Position numbers and translations under genes: made by a program. Under the pieces are notes generated by a model, which worked only from the letters and a program-made list of their open reading frames with translations, ran no database searches and was not told the DNA's origin. Of a DNA stretch of 64,000 nucleotides, positions 1 to 10,823 are shown piece after piece. Origin of the DNA: a virus. The stretch spans positions 48,018-112,017 of IMG/VR virus record IMGVR_UViG_3300028800_000005, one strand, 5' to 3'. How positions within the stretch are numbered: the stretch's first letter is position 1; every line of letters begins with the position of its first letter.

Positions 1-26
1 TCAACCTCTCGAAGTTTAGCAAGAGC

Positions 27-344
27 GTGGATAAGATCGACTTCTCGAAGCTCAGCAAGAGCGTAGAGGGAGTCTCCGTGTCCAGCGGGGAATCAGTCCG
101 GGACCTGCTGATCGTGGCTCTTCGTGGCGCTCTGAGCGCCCTGGAGGCTGCTGACGCCCCGCTCGGTGCCGTGCTGGACGCTGCGGACGCGGGCCAGCCT
201 GGTCCGACCACGGCCTACATCCGGGACGACGAGACCGGGAAGCTCCGCAAGCGGGGGCGCGGGAAGCCGCGTGCCGGTGAGACCGCCGTCTACCTCACCC
301 CGTCCCAGGAGAAGGCAGCCAGGGCTAAGGGAGAGCTGGAGTAG
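27..344 (+). CDS. hypothetical protein
   Basis: 105-aa ORF with phage-like codon usage, followed by a hairpin; the true start may lie upstream of the window. Confidence 0.55.
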   Translation: MDKIDFSKLSKSVEGVSVSSGESVRDLLIVALRGALSALEAADAPLGAVLDAADAGQPGPTTAYIRDDETGKLRKRGRGKPRAGETAVYLTPSQEKAARAKGELE

Positions 345-354
345 CAAATGAAAA

Positions 355-393
355 GGGCCCCTCTGCGAACCAGTGGCTCAAGCGGAGGGGCCC
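355..393 (+). terminator. GC-rich hairpin, probable terminator
   Basis: GGGCCCCTCTGC ... GCGGAGGGGCCC inverted repeat just after the stop at 344, followed by a pyrimidine run. Confidence 0.5.
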
Positions 394-594
394 CTCTCTC
401 GGTGAGGAGGAGGCACCGTGATCCCAGTATAACCAAAGTGCAGAATCAAAAGCAAAACAGGGAGGAGGAAAGCAACGTGACCATCTTTGACATGAGGCCG
501 CGCGAGCCGGAGATAAAGTTCCCGAAGTGCTGGGAACATATCCCTGCTCTGTTCGAGCTATGCCTCGCGGATCACTTCGGCAGGCAAGACGACG

Positions 595-1038
595 ATGAAG
601 AATAACGATCTCTCAGCGGACCCTGTGCCCAGGCTGGCACTGGTTTTCGAGGGTGCCCTGGCCTGGCTTCCTGACGAGAAGGTACAGCGTCAGTTCACCC
701 GGCACATGGACCGGGGCGAATTCAGTAAGGCCGTCGACCTGTTCGAGTTTAACCAGAAGCTTGAGACGGTGATCTGGGACAGGTCGTTCCGTGTGTCGAT
801 GCAGATCGACGTCATAACTTTCCTTGGCCCGGACAAGTTCGCGGAGGAGGTAGCCCGTAGGATAGGCGACGAGGAGCTGCCGATCCACAAGGTCTGGGCT
901 ACGACGCCGAAGATACTCGGCCGGAGGCTGGCCTACATGCCAGACCTTGTGCGGGTCTACCACGCGTACCCGCAGTACCAGCTTTACTTCGGGCAGAAAG
1001 GCAGGCTTCTAGATGACGCTAACCAGTTCGGGTACTAG
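595..1038 (+). CDS. HAD-fold-like protein, catalytic Asp absent
   Basis: N-terminal LALVFEGALA resembles HAD motif I (hhhDhDGhh) without the Asp residues; similar layout to 31878..32339. Confidence 0.4.
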   Translation: MKNNDLSADPVPRLALVFEGALAWLPDEKVQRQFTRHMDRGEFSKAVDLFEFNQKLETVIWDRSFRVSMQIDVITFLGPDKFAEEVARRIGDEELPIHKVWATTPKILGRRLAYMPDLVRVYHAYPQYQLYFGQKGRLLDDANQFGY

Positions 1039-1046
1039 GAGGAGAC

Positions 1047-1433
1047 ATGAAGGAACCAGCATTTAAGAGCTATTTCGAGGCCCGGGACTTCCTAGACATC
1101 ACATCCATGAACATGCCAGTCGAGTTCAACATGGCACAGATGGCGATCTTCAGGTTCCTGCTGTCACACACGATGTTCACGCAGGACGACGACTACGGGC
1201 GCGTGGATGACCGGTGGACCCGGCAGGAGACGATCGCGGACGCGGTAAGGTGCTCACGTGAGTATGTAAACAGGGCACTGAAGATTCTGGAGAACAAGGT
1301 CGGAGCCATCAAGCGCAAGAAGTGGCGGGACGGGGCACCGGGAAGCGTGCCGGACGAGATTCGGATCACCTGGCGGGCCATGTACAAGATTGCCGAGGGT
1401 GAACCTGGATCACACTCTATAGGAAGTGACTGA
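1047..1433 (+). CDS. winged HTH protein, replication-initiator-like
   Basis: RQETIADAVRCSREYVNRALKILENKVGAI helix-turn-helix; SD AGGAGG; lies upstream of the helicase. Confidence 0.6.
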   Translation: MKEPAFKSYFEARDFLDITSMNMPVEFNMAQMAIFRFLLSHTMFTQDDDYGRVDDRWTRQETIADAVRCSREYVNRALKILENKVGAIKRKKWRDGAPGSVPDEIRITWRAMYKIAEGEPGSHSIGSD

Positions 1434-1522
1434 TGATCACAGCGAGTGTGACCTACGATCACACTCTATTCCTTTGTAAAGAAAGAAAAGAACTACGTCG
1501 GTAGTGTTAGGAGGAAGAAGAC

Positions 1523-2074
1523 ATGAGTAACAGGTCATGGCTGAACAGCAAGGACCCGAACTACACTCGCCGTCAGTTCGACCCGAATTACAAGCCAGCA
1601 CGACAGGACCCCAGGCACCAGGAGAAGAAAGGTCCCCGCGAGTTCGACAGGAACTCCTGCCCCGCAGGATGGGACGCCTCAGTCTGGGAGCTGACCCTCC
1701 AGTTCGAGCAGGCAGCCGCCAGGGAGGGGATTCAACTGGCGACCGGCAGGCCCGTGATCTACTCCCTCCTGCGCGACAGGTGCGACTCGTTCCGCGACGG
1801 GCTGTACACCAGGCACAAGCGCTGGTCAGTCGACGGGGTGAACGTCCACGCTACCTGGCAGGAGATAGTCTCCGCTGCGATCTCCCGGCACTTCAGGGAC
1901 TACCAGGAGGACGAGTACGCGGCGGACTACTTTTGCGGGCCGGTGGTGTTCAACGATATGATCAGAGAGGTCCGGGAGCACGGGGCGAACCTCTACGGGG
2001 TCCGCAAGCTTGAGGAGCGGTACGGCTCCCTGGACTACAATCACAGCTACGCTGAGGAGGACGGCAATGAATGA
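1523..2074 (+). CDS. hypothetical protein
   Basis: 183-aa ORF with AGGAGG SD. Confidence 0.65.
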   Translation: MSNRSWLNSKDPNYTRRQFDPNYKPARQDPRHQEKKGPREFDRNSCPAGWDASVWELTLQFEQAAAREGIQLATGRPVIYSLLRDRCDSFRDGLYTRHKRWSVDGVNVHATWQEIVSAAISRHFRDYQEDEYAADYFCGPVVFNDMIREVREHGANLYGVRKLEERYGSLDYNHSYAEEDGNE

Positions 2075-2595
2075 CAGCTACAACTGGGACGAGTACTTCA
2101 AGAGCCACAACGTCCTGGATCTTCGGGAAGACCTCGGCCACTGGAAGGACGCCCGTCACTACTACACCCCGTCTTCCAGTCAGCGGCACACGCTTGACGC
2201 CCGGATCGCGCGGCTCGAAGAGTACCTGGCCGCCCGGAAGTTCACCGAGGCTGACGCCCGCGAGCTTCTGGCATCGATGGGGATCGATGACCCGCTTACG
2301 TGGCAGGTTCAGGTACTGGTTAACGTCCTGAACGCGGAGGGCCCGATCCGTGCCTTCTGAGCGCCAGACATTCCACTGCGGTGCGGAGGTTCTCCCTATC
2401 CTGCGTGAAGCGTGGAAGCCCCATGACGTCGACCACACATCCAATGGCTTTATCGAGTGGGCGGCCCCGTCCCCGCTGCCATACGGCATCGACATCTACG
2501 AGGAGCCGGACTTCCCGGACCATTACTTCGAGGTGCGAGCAGGTTCCGAAGTTCTTCTCGCCGGATTCATAGAGGCAGGCAATGGATCTAGGTAG
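2067..2595 (+). CDS. two small hypothetical proteins (2067..2360, 2350..2595)
   Basis: Overlapping start/stop junctions in operon. Confidence 0.55.
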
Positions 2596-3856
2596 AGAAA
2601 TGATCCGGGCGGTCCTGACAGAGAAGGGCGCGCTCAAGAAGTTCATCGACGCTGGATTCGGGCACGACTGGGTAAACGACAAGCAGGATCTTTCCCGCGC
2701 CGCTATCTTCGGGGACACGGACCTGGATGCCTACCGGTTCATCCTCCGGCACTGGGAGGACTACCGCGAGCCGCCTAGCCTGAGTTTCTTCCAGCACAGT
2801 TACCCGCCTGAGTCCCTCCGGCTGCCGAAGTCAGACCTTAAGGTCGAAGAACTCCTGGCGATGGTCCGCTCCGACGTGACCCGCGTCCAACTGGAGGAGG
2901 GCGGGTCGGAATTCATCGACGCGTTCGAGTCCGGGGACCTTGAGGGTGCCGTCGCGAAGATGGAGGAGACGGCACGGAAGATCCGCGCGGAGCGGACCTC
3001 CCGGAGCGTGCAGATTCCCTGGGACAGCGCGGACTACGACCTTGAGTCTAAGCTGAACCGAAAGGAGGTCGCCGGAATACACACGGGCATCGCAAAGCTT
3101 GACGAGAAGTTCTCCGGCTGGCAGCCCGGGGAGATGGTGACCTTCCTCGGCCGGGCGAAGGCGTGCAAGACCTCGCACCTCCTGAAGGCCGCGCTGGCTG
3201 CCCACGACGACGGCTGGAATTCCCTGGTGGTCACCGTGGAAATCAAGGGGTCGTCTATTGCCGAGCGGCTGGACTGCTTCGCGGCCGGGGTAGAGTACGA
3301 CCGGTACGTCCGGGGAAGGCTGGACGAGTCTGAGAAGAAGCGCGTCCGGATGGCGAAGTCTAATCGCGGACGAGAGGAGTACCTTCACGTAATCCAGCCG
3401 ACCGGGAAGTACACTATCGCGGACCTTGAGATGGACATCGAGAGGTACCGGCCGCACGTCGTCTTCCTTGACGGGTTCTACTTCCTGATCGACAGCCGGA
3501 CAGGGAAGCCCGGGTCGAACTGGGAGGGGCACGATAACCTCGCCCAGGATCTGCATAACCTCTGCCTGCGTCATGACATAGTGATCGTCGTGACGATGCA
3601 GGTCCGGGAGAAGCAGGCCCGGGGCGGTAAGAAAGGTGACCTGGACGACAACACGATGATGGGCGGGACCGGGCTTATCATGTTCTCGGACATGGTACTT
3701 ACCCTGGACATGGACAAGGAGACCTGGCTGAACACTATCCAGTGCTCCCGCAGCAGGACCCGGTACCTTCCCACGGTCAAGGGGACATGGTACTGGCCGA
3801 AGTCAGAGTTCCGGGTGATGGAGGATTACCTGGACGAGGACGAGGAGGACGAGTAA
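2582..3856 (+). CDS. dnaB: DnaB-like replicative helicase
   Basis: IHTGIAKLDEKFSGWQPGEMVTFLGRAKACKTS (Walker A variant), VTVE, VVFLDGFY (Walker B), VTMQ, SDMVL. Confidence 0.88.
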   Translation: MDLGREMIRAVLTEKGALKKFIDAGFGHDWVNDKQDLSRAAIFGDTDLDAYRFILRHWEDYREPPSLSFFQHSYPPESLRLPKSDLKVEELLAMVRSDVTRVQLEEGGSEFIDAFESGDLEGAVAKMEETARKIRAERTSRSVQIPWDSADYDLESKLNRKEVAGIHTGIAKLDEKFSGWQPGEMVTFLGRAKACKTSHLLKAALAAHDDGWNSLVVTVEIKGSSIAERLDCFAAGVEYDRYVRGRLDESEKKRVRMAKSNRGREEYLHVIQPTGKYTIADLEMDIERYRPHVVFLDGFYFLIDSRTGKPGSNWEGHDNLAQDLHNLCLRHDIVIVVTMQVREKQARGGKKGDLDDNTMMGGTGLIMFSDMVLTLDMDKETWLNTIQCSRSRTRYLPTVKGTWYWPKSEFRVMEDYLDEDEEDE

Positions 3857-4441
3857 TGGACGACACTCTTGACGGAGTTTACAAGTGGCTAGTGGAGGTC
3901 GTGCACTTCCCGTTCGACTTCTTCTTCGGGGACAAGCCGGAGTGGATGGACGTCGAGCGGCTAGCGACGGCCTGGTGGCTGTACGAGGGGAAGCAGGAGT
4001 CAATCGAGGACTACGTGGGAACTATCTACTACGAGACTTCATGGCCAAGGGATAACTGATGGAAGCGATCGACGGCCGGGGAAATGTCTGGACGAAATTC
4101 GATGACGCGGAGTTCCCGTGGCACATCACGAAGCTTACGACTGATCCCGACTGGAGCACGACAGCGGGCTGGCACTCCGGACGGGCCAGGAACCTTCAGA
4201 CTATCGAGATGATGTTCGGGGCCGTGGTGGTCCTGGATTCCGAGGAGGAATGATGGCAGAGGCACCTAAGCTCGTAGGTATTCCGGCGTACGAGATATTC
4301 GAATGGCGCGGCGATTACTGGATGACCCTGGGCATCGGTGATGATAACGAGGAGTTCGCCAAGGCCGCCGCCCGGCGTGAGCAGGAGAGTTACAAGCACG
4401 TCCGTCTGTTCAAGGTCACCCGCATCGAGATCGAGTTCTGA
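3856..4441 (+). CDS. three small hypothetical proteins (3856..4059, 4059..4253, 4250..4441)
   Basis: TAATG/TGATG coupled ORFs between helicase and primase. Confidence 0.6.
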
Positions 4442-5397
4442 TGCCTAAGACGGAATTCATCCGGCGGCCGGTGCCGAGTGACGTTCCGGCTGCCCTGGAT
4501 GAACTCGGGCTGGACTACTCAGTCTCCGGGGACAACGCGAAGATACTCTGCCTGTTCCACACTGACCATAGCCCCTCCTGCTACGTCCATGTCGACAGTG
4601 GCGTCTTCCACTGCTTCGTCTGCGACTCGGCCGGTCAGTTCGTGCAGCTCGTACAGCGCGTCAAGGGCCTGTCTGAGGAGAAGGCGGCACTCTGGTGCCA
4701 GACGAGGGCGTTCGGCCGCCTGCGTGGCGCTGCGGAGCGCATGGAGCTATCCTCGCACCGTAACGACACGACCCTGGTGATAAACGAGGCGAGCCTTGCC
4801 CTGTTCACGGCCCCGCCTGAGCGCGAGCTGCGTAAGCGCGGTATTGATTTGGACGCGGCCGATGAACTTGGGATACTATGGGACCCGAAGGAGCGTGCCT
4901 GGATTCTCCCCATGCGGGATCAAGACGGGAAGCTCGAAGGATGGCAGGTAAAGAAGGGCCATGATGTCTGGAACTACCCCGGGGACGACCGGAAGCGGGG
5001 AGTCAAGGGCGTTCGGAAGTCCGACTACCTCTTCGGACTCCATGCCATCTCTCACACTGCTCCAGTACGAGGCCTGCTGGTTGAAAGTCCACTCGATGTT
5101 GCTGTCTTCCGGACTGCCGGATTCCGAAGCGCGGTCGCAAGCTACGGCGTACGTGTCTCTTCTAGCCAGCTTGACCTTCTGACTGCGCACTGCGACGAGC
5201 TTATCTACGCCGGGGACAATGACGAGGCCGGATGGCTGATGGCTGATATCCTGCGGAAGGAGTTCAAGCGGCTGCCACTTAGTTTCTATAACTACGGGAA
5301 GACTAAGTGCAAGGACCCGGGAGAGATGTGGACGAAGGGGGAGGACATACTGTGGGGCATAACGAACGCGACGCGCGCACTGACGACGAGGTTCTAG
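4441..5397 (+). CDS. dnaG: DNA primase (CHC2 zinc finger + TOPRIM)
   Basis: CLFHTDHSPSC..FHCFVC zinc finger; LVESPLD and GDNDEAG TOPRIM motifs; KDPGE. Confidence 0.9.
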   Translation: MPKTEFIRRPVPSDVPAALDELGLDYSVSGDNAKILCLFHTDHSPSCYVHVDSGVFHCFVCDSAGQFVQLVQRVKGLSEEKAALWCQTRAFGRLRGAAERMELSSHRNDTTLVINEASLALFTAPPERELRKRGIDLDAADELGILWDPKERAWILPMRDQDGKLEGWQVKKGHDVWNYPGDDRKRGVKGVRKSDYLFGLHAISHTAPVRGLLVESPLDVAVFRTAGFRSAVASYGVRVSSSQLDLLTAHCDELIYAGDNDEAGWLMADILRKEFKRLPLSFYNYGKTKCKDPGEMWTKGEDILWGITNATRALTTRF

Positions 5398-5793
5398 ATC
5401 AACACCTGTGGGCCCAAATGGACCTGCGGGACGACAGTGATAACGTGGTGTGGCACGGGCGAATCTGCATCACGGGACCCGACGACATCGACCGCATCAA
5501 TGAGATCGCCCAGCCTTACCTGAACGTTCCGTTGACAAAGGATGCGGTGTATAAGCTAATCGCGGTGCTGCACGACGCTGGATTCCCGTCACGACATGCG
5601 AAGGACTGGATCTTCCAATGACGCGCAACTTTTCGGTAGAGCTTTACAAGTACCTGTCCGAGGACCCGGACCGTGCGGAGCGGTACCTGCTTGAGCCGGA
5701 GTACCGTACGGTAGTACGGCGTCTGATAGAGCAGCGGGTTATCAGCCGAAAGATAGAAGACAAGGTAATTCAGAAGATGGAGGAGGAGTTTTA

Positions 5794-6216
5794 ATGATTC
5801 GATGGATGCTATGGGGACGGCAGTGGGGCAAGAGTTACCAGACACTGGAGTGGTTCAAGGGGGACCCGGTCCACCGTGTTATCATCACCCCGAACCTGGT
5901 TCAGGCTGAGCAGCTCCGTCGTGAGCTTGCAAACTACTACCCGCACGGCCCGGACGATGCTGCCGCTGAATGGCATGAGCTACTGGAGACGAACGTCGTC
6001 AGCCTGACGCAGTGGTCACAGGAGGGAGACCATCACGCCAGGTACACCAGGGACTGGGAACGATTCTATCCGGAGGTCGCGATAGATAACCTGGACATGA
6101 TGCTCAAGGGCCTGGTTGGAGCGGACGTCTCCCTGGTTACCGCGAGCGGCGGGAACGACACGCCCGTGGGTCTCGTCATCGACCCGCGCACGCTAAAGTA
6201 CCCGACCATCGACTGA
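5794..6216 (+). CDS. small protein with terminase-ATPase-like motifs
   Basis: GRQWGKS (Walker A-like), VIITPNLVQA, VAIDN (degenerate Walker B); only 140 aa. Confidence 0.4.
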   Translation: MIRWMLWGRQWGKSYQTLEWFKGDPVHRVIITPNLVQAEQLRRELANYYPHGPDDAAAEWHELLETNVVSLTQWSQEGDHHARYTRDWERFYPEVAIDNLDMMLKGLVGADVSLVTASGGNDTPVGLVIDPRTLKYPTID

Positions 6217-6219
6217 CCC

Positions 6220-7872
6220 GTGCTGACCGGAAAGCTTCACCCGTACCAGGACCCCTGTGTTGACGCCGCGCTGGCACGGGGGCGGTACCTTATCGCCGCA
6301 GACATGGGTACCGGCAAGACGGTCATGTCCATAGCAGTGGCCGAGGAGCTGCTCGGGTGCGGGGACGTCTCCCGGGTCCTGATTGTCGTCCCGTCTTCCC
6401 TGAAGTACCAGTGGGCCCAGGCCCTGGCGAAGTTCACCGACCTGCCGACTAAGGTGGTCAAGGTAGGCAAGCACAAGATCACCGTCCCGGCAGATCCAAG
6501 GTGCGTTGTAATCAACGGGCGTGCATTCCAGAAGAACAAGGTCCAGTACTCTGCGGCCGATGACCGTAAGCGCCAGTACAATTCGGTGACCGACGCGACT
6601 GAGTACGTCATCCTGAGCTACGAGTCGATCCTTGATGACTCCCGGCAGGTACGCAAGCTCAAGCCCGGCCTGGTCATCCTTGACGAGTGCACCCAGATAA
6701 AGTCCTTCCGAGCGCAGCGGTCAAAGAAGATCAAGAGGATGCTTGACTCCGAGTACCGACTCGGACTGACCGGTACCCCCATTGAGAACGGCAGGCCCGA
6801 GGAGCTGTTCTCTATCATGCAGTGGGTCGACGAGGACGTGCTCGGCCGGTGGGATTTCTTCGACCAGACGTACATCCGCCGCGATTCAAATGGCATATCC
6901 AAGGGGTACAAGAACCTGCCGGTACTGCGCGAGCGGCTGGCCCCGGCGATGTCCCGGCTATCCAGGCACGACCCGACCGTCCGGTCGTACATGCCAGACG
7001 TGACCGAGGACCGCTGGTCAGTAGAGATCACCGGCCCTATCCGGGACGCGTACATGTCGATGGCCCGGGACCTTTACGCGGAGCTGAAGAACATTGGATT
7101 CGCCGGGAGGTCGTTCTCCGTGGCGGATTACTACGGGGGAGCGGCGGACGAGAGCACTAAAATCGGCAAGATCATGGCAATTCACACGGCCATGGAGATG
7201 CTGCTCGACCACCCTGACCTGGTAGTGAAGTCCGCCATGGAATACGAGGCCACGAAGAACCTGCCTTTCGAGAAGAGAAAGGGATCGAAGTACGCGTACC
7301 AGGTATGGCAGGACGACCTGCTTGATGACGTTTGGGACAGCCCGAAGCTGACCGAGCTGACCGAAAGGCTAACCCGCGCGCTGTCCTTTGACGCCAAGGT
7401 TCTGGTGTACACCAAGTACCGGTCGATGCTCCCGGTACTGTCGGAAGCGATCGGTGTCCCGTCCGTCCTGTACCACGGTGAGCTGACGTCCAGCCAGAAA
7501 GCGGCTGCTGTGGCTAAGTTCTCCGCACCGGCCGGGCCCCGCGTCTTCCTGTCATCCCATGCCGGTGCCTACGGCTGTGACATGAACATGGCTGACCACC
7601 TGGTCGACTACGATAACGCCTGGCAGGCGGGCAAGGCTGACCAGATCGACGCGCGCCACGTCCGAGCCAGCAGCGAGTTCAAGAACGTCTACGTCCACAA
7701 GATGGTCTGCGAGGGGACGGTGGAGGAACGCATCCTCCAGATGCAGCACCACAAGCGACGTGTGTCCGGCGCGGTCATGGACGGCAAGGGCGCGGACAAG
7801 TTCGGCCGCGTGGAGAACGACGTCACCGGGCTGACGGCGTTCCTTGAGGGCACGGTCGACGGCTTGATTTGA
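6220..7872 (+). CDS. SNF2-family DNA helicase/translocase
   Basis: LHPYQ, ADMGTGKT, ILDECTQIK, LTGTPIEN, AGAYGCDM, QIDARHVR. Confidence 0.9.
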   Translation: MLTGKLHPYQDPCVDAALARGRYLIAADMGTGKTVMSIAVAEELLGCGDVSRVLIVVPSSLKYQWAQALAKFTDLPTKVVKVGKHKITVPADPRCVVINGRAFQKNKVQYSAADDRKRQYNSVTDATEYVILSYESILDDSRQVRKLKPGLVILDECTQIKSFRAQRSKKIKRMLDSEYRLGLTGTPIENGRPEELFSIMQWVDEDVLGRWDFFDQTYIRRDSNGISKGYKNLPVLRERLAPAMSRLSRHDPTVRSYMPDVTEDRWSVEITGPIRDAYMSMARDLYAELKNIGFAGRSFSVADYYGGAADESTKIGKIMAIHTAMEMLLDHPDLVVKSAMEYEATKNLPFEKRKGSKYAYQVWQDDLLDDVWDSPKLTELTERLTRALSFDAKVLVYTKYRSMLPVLSEAIGVPSVLYHGELTSSQKAAAVAKFSAPAGPRVFLSSHAGAYGCDMNMADHLVDYDNAWQAGKADQIDARHVRASSEFKNVYVHKMVCEGTVEERILQMQHHKRRVSGAVMDGKGADKFGRVENDVTGLTAFLEGTVDGLI

Positions 7873-8324
7873 TTTGGGGAGTAACTCTGGGCTACCCTGA
7901 AGGGGAGCTTAGGAGGCTGACATGACAGACAAGCCACGGTACACCTACCAACTGCAGTACCTGCCATGGCTAGGGGAACCTCGCTACGTCCTGGTCGACC
8001 CTGAGGCGCTTGACGGGGACACGATCATCCGGGGGGAGAACTAGTGAAGGCAAAGAAACTGCTCGCCCATTTCCTGGAGTACTTTAACCTTACTCGGGAA
8101 GAGGCCGAGCACGTCTTCCACTGTTTTTCATGTGAACTCTCCGGACTGGAGGGTGCCCAGGAATTCTGCCGGGAGTTCATGGTTGAGTTCCGTGGATGGA
8201 CACCCCCGGTCCTGACGGAGGACGATAAGCTGTTCTCCCGGGCCCTGCAGAACTTGTGGGCTCCGTATATCCTAGATCAGATGCCCGTACTGAAGTTCGA
8301 GAAGTTCCAGGCCAAGGAGAACCA

Positions 8325-8888
8325 ATGACGACACGTAAGCGCCGCCGCCCGGCTCCGTCAATCGACATCGCGCACACGTTCCAGACGTACCTGTTCCAGC
8401 GGGAAGTCGCCGCGACCGCGACGAAGGAGAAGGAAAAGGCCGCCAAGGAGCTGCGGAAGGCTACCATTGAGCGTGGCGTGGTAGCCCTTGACGAGTACGG
8501 TAACGAGATCCACGGCGGGAACATCGAGTACGCCCTGGACGACCCTATCCAGGTCGGTAACAAGGTGTACGCCGGGATGGAGATGCGGAAGTCCCCGCAG
8601 ATATCATTCGATGAAGACACTGCCATGGACCTGGCCAGGGCCAAGAAGATCCCGTTGGCTGATGTCGTCGGCACGGTCACACTCACTATGTCCTACTCGG
8701 ACTACGAGCAGCTCCAGCGGGAAAGCACGCTGGACTCTTGGGACATTACCGTGTACCAAGAGGTCAACCAGGACGCATTCTATGTACTGAACCAGCAGGG
8801 CAAGATCACCGACGACGAGCTGGACTCACTGCTTATCGAGGGCGAGCCCAAGTACAGTCTCTGGCCGATCGAAAGGACAGGGGAATGA
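8325..8888 (+). CDS. hypothetical protein
   Basis: Start MTTRKRRR with AAGGAG SD, coupled to neighbours 8044..8328 and 8885..9193. Confidence 0.6.
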   Translation: MTTRKRRRPAPSIDIAHTFQTYLFQREVAATATKEKEKAAKELRKATIERGVVALDEYGNEIHGGNIEYALDDPIQVGNKVYAGMEMRKSPQISFDEDTAMDLARAKKIPLADVVGTVTLTMSYSDYEQLQRESTLDSWDITVYQEVNQDAFYVLNQQGKITDDELDSLLIEGEPKYSLWPIERTGE

Positions 8889-9195
8889 TCGATAGCATCA
8901 CGCAAGAAGAACTAGCTGAGGCGTTCATACGCCTGGGGTACACAAGTCGGCATCACGCGCCGAACATCTTCGCGGACATCGAAGCCCACCGCGAGTACTT
9001 CGAGGTCGGGGAAATCTACGAGGACAACAAGGGACGCCGCCTGCTGCGCCGGGAGAATGACCTGTGGCCGTGGCAGGTCATTACGTATGTCAAGGGTGAT
9101 CCGATGACCCAGCACGATGGGAGTCACTACGGGACGCTGCAGCTTGAGACGTTTCCGGAGCGCCCGCTCAGGAAGCTAGTCCCGGAGGGGTAGCC

Positions 9196-9531
9196 ATGGA
9201 GATCCTGATACTGAGCCTGGTCGCCCCTCCCCTGGGGCTGGCTTCCTTCTGGTTCTCGCTGCGCCACCCGTGGGGATGGATCTTCGGGATCGCGCAGTCG
9301 GTTGTCTACGCCACGCTCGGTGTCGCCAGCGGTGCCATCGGGCTGCTGATCTTCTCCCCCCTGTACATCCTTGTGTTCTCCAGGAACTTCTACCTAGCGG
9401 AGAAGGACCACAAGAAGAAGCTAGCCAAGAAGGCTAAGAAGACAGCCAAGAAGCAGGCAAAGATAGCCAGGCGCGTGGCCGAGGAAAACGCTACGCTCTG
9501 CATAATAGGAGGCAGTAATGCCAAAGGGTAA
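9196..9531 (+). CDS. PnuC-like membrane protein (possible nicotinamide riboside transporter half-unit)
   Basis: Three hydrophobic helices with WGWIFGIAQ and a Y..RNFY ending typical of short phage PnuC-like proteins; basic tail. Confidence 0.5.
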   Translation: MEILILSLVAPPLGLASFWFSLRHPWGWIFGIAQSVVYATLGVASGAIGLLIFSPLYILVFSRNFYLAEKDHKKKLAKKAKKTAKKQAKIARRVAEENATLCIIGGSNAKG

Positions 9532-9740
9532 GGGAAAGGCACCCCGGCCTGAGATCATCCCGCCGCCGCCCCTGACCGCTCCCGTCCCGGAGCTGTTCAC
9601 GGATGCCGACCGGCAGCTACCCGGCGCGGTCCAGTGGGTCCGTCGCGGTATCAAGGAACTGATCCAGAAGGCGTACTACATCGGGTACAACGATGGGTAC
9701 GCGCACGGGTACCAGGACGGCACCGATCACGGGCACGTCA

Positions 9741-10142
9741 ATGCGTGACGAGTACTTCATCCCGGGACTCAAGGGCCCGCAGAAGTTCGCGGCCCCCGAG
9801 CAGCATGAGGATGCCCTTGACGCCCTGCTGGGCCATCCGATCCTGATGCGGTACCAGGGAGAGGTCACCGAGTTCTACAAGATCGGCGCGCTAGCGAGGT
9901 CCCTGAACAGGTCCGTTGTCACCATCAGGAAGTGGCAGGACAAGGGGATAATCCCGAAGCCAAACTTCGCTATCCCTACGAAGGCACTGGGTGGTAAGAT
10001 CCGTCTGTACTCCCGGCCGCAGGTGCTGGGACTCCGGGAGATCGCGGAGGAAGAGGGCATCCTGATCGACACGACCAAGGCCATAACCCACACGCGCTTC
10101 GAGGAGCGCGCGTTTAACCTGTTCAGGGAGCTTAGGCAATGA
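9741..10142 (+). CDS. MerR-type HTH DNA-binding protein
   Basis: YKIGALARSLNRSVVTIRKWQDKGIIP...IRLYS. Confidence 0.75.
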   Translation: MRDEYFIPGLKGPQKFAAPEQHEDALDALLGHPILMRYQGEVTEFYKIGALARSLNRSVVTIRKWQDKGIIPKPNFAIPTKALGGKIRLYSRPQVLGLREIAEEEGILIDTTKAITHTRFEERAFNLFRELRQ

Positions 10143-10823
10143 GGATCGAGATACGGGACACTGAGGAACTGGTCCAGTACCTGCATCCGGCCACGATACA
10201 TGAGGTACGGTTCGTGCATGACACTGGAGGTTCGTCAACGTCTACCTCGGTGGAGCGAATGACCACGGCCGAGCTTAGGGAGCTGTGGGAGCGGGTTACT
10301 GACAGATTGGGGAGCATACGGTGAAGGCAACCCTGCGCATGATAGTTCCGGGCAAGCATGCATGGAGCGAGAAGATAGATCTAACCATGACCATGACGGA
10401 CGAGCGCGCCGCCCGGCGCACGTACGAGTACCTTACCGAGCGCGAGATCGGTGCCGAACTAACCACCACTAAGCAGGTCGTAGAGAAGAACGGGCTATGA
10501 TAATCGAACGCAGCCGCGAGCACGTGGTGAACCTGGGGAACTACGAGTCCGTCCGGGTCGGTGCTAGGATCACCCTGGACCGGGCGGATATCGAGGAGCT
10601 ACTGCAGGATGGCCTGAAGATCGAGGACGTTGTCACCCAGGCTGACGAGTGCCTTGATGCCCTGCTAGCCGCCGACCTCGCTGAGGCCGAGCAGAATGTC
10701 CCACCGGACAAAGAAACGCACCTCACGACCTGGAAGAAATGAGAACTACCCCCCAGCGGTAGTTTTGACCGGGGACAGTGGGCCCCAGTACCCTTAGTAC
10801 GGACATCACATGGAGGAAATTCA

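Noticed and set aside
5794-6216. Terminase large subunit
   Set aside because: Only 140 aa, with no nuclease domain and a degenerate Walker B.
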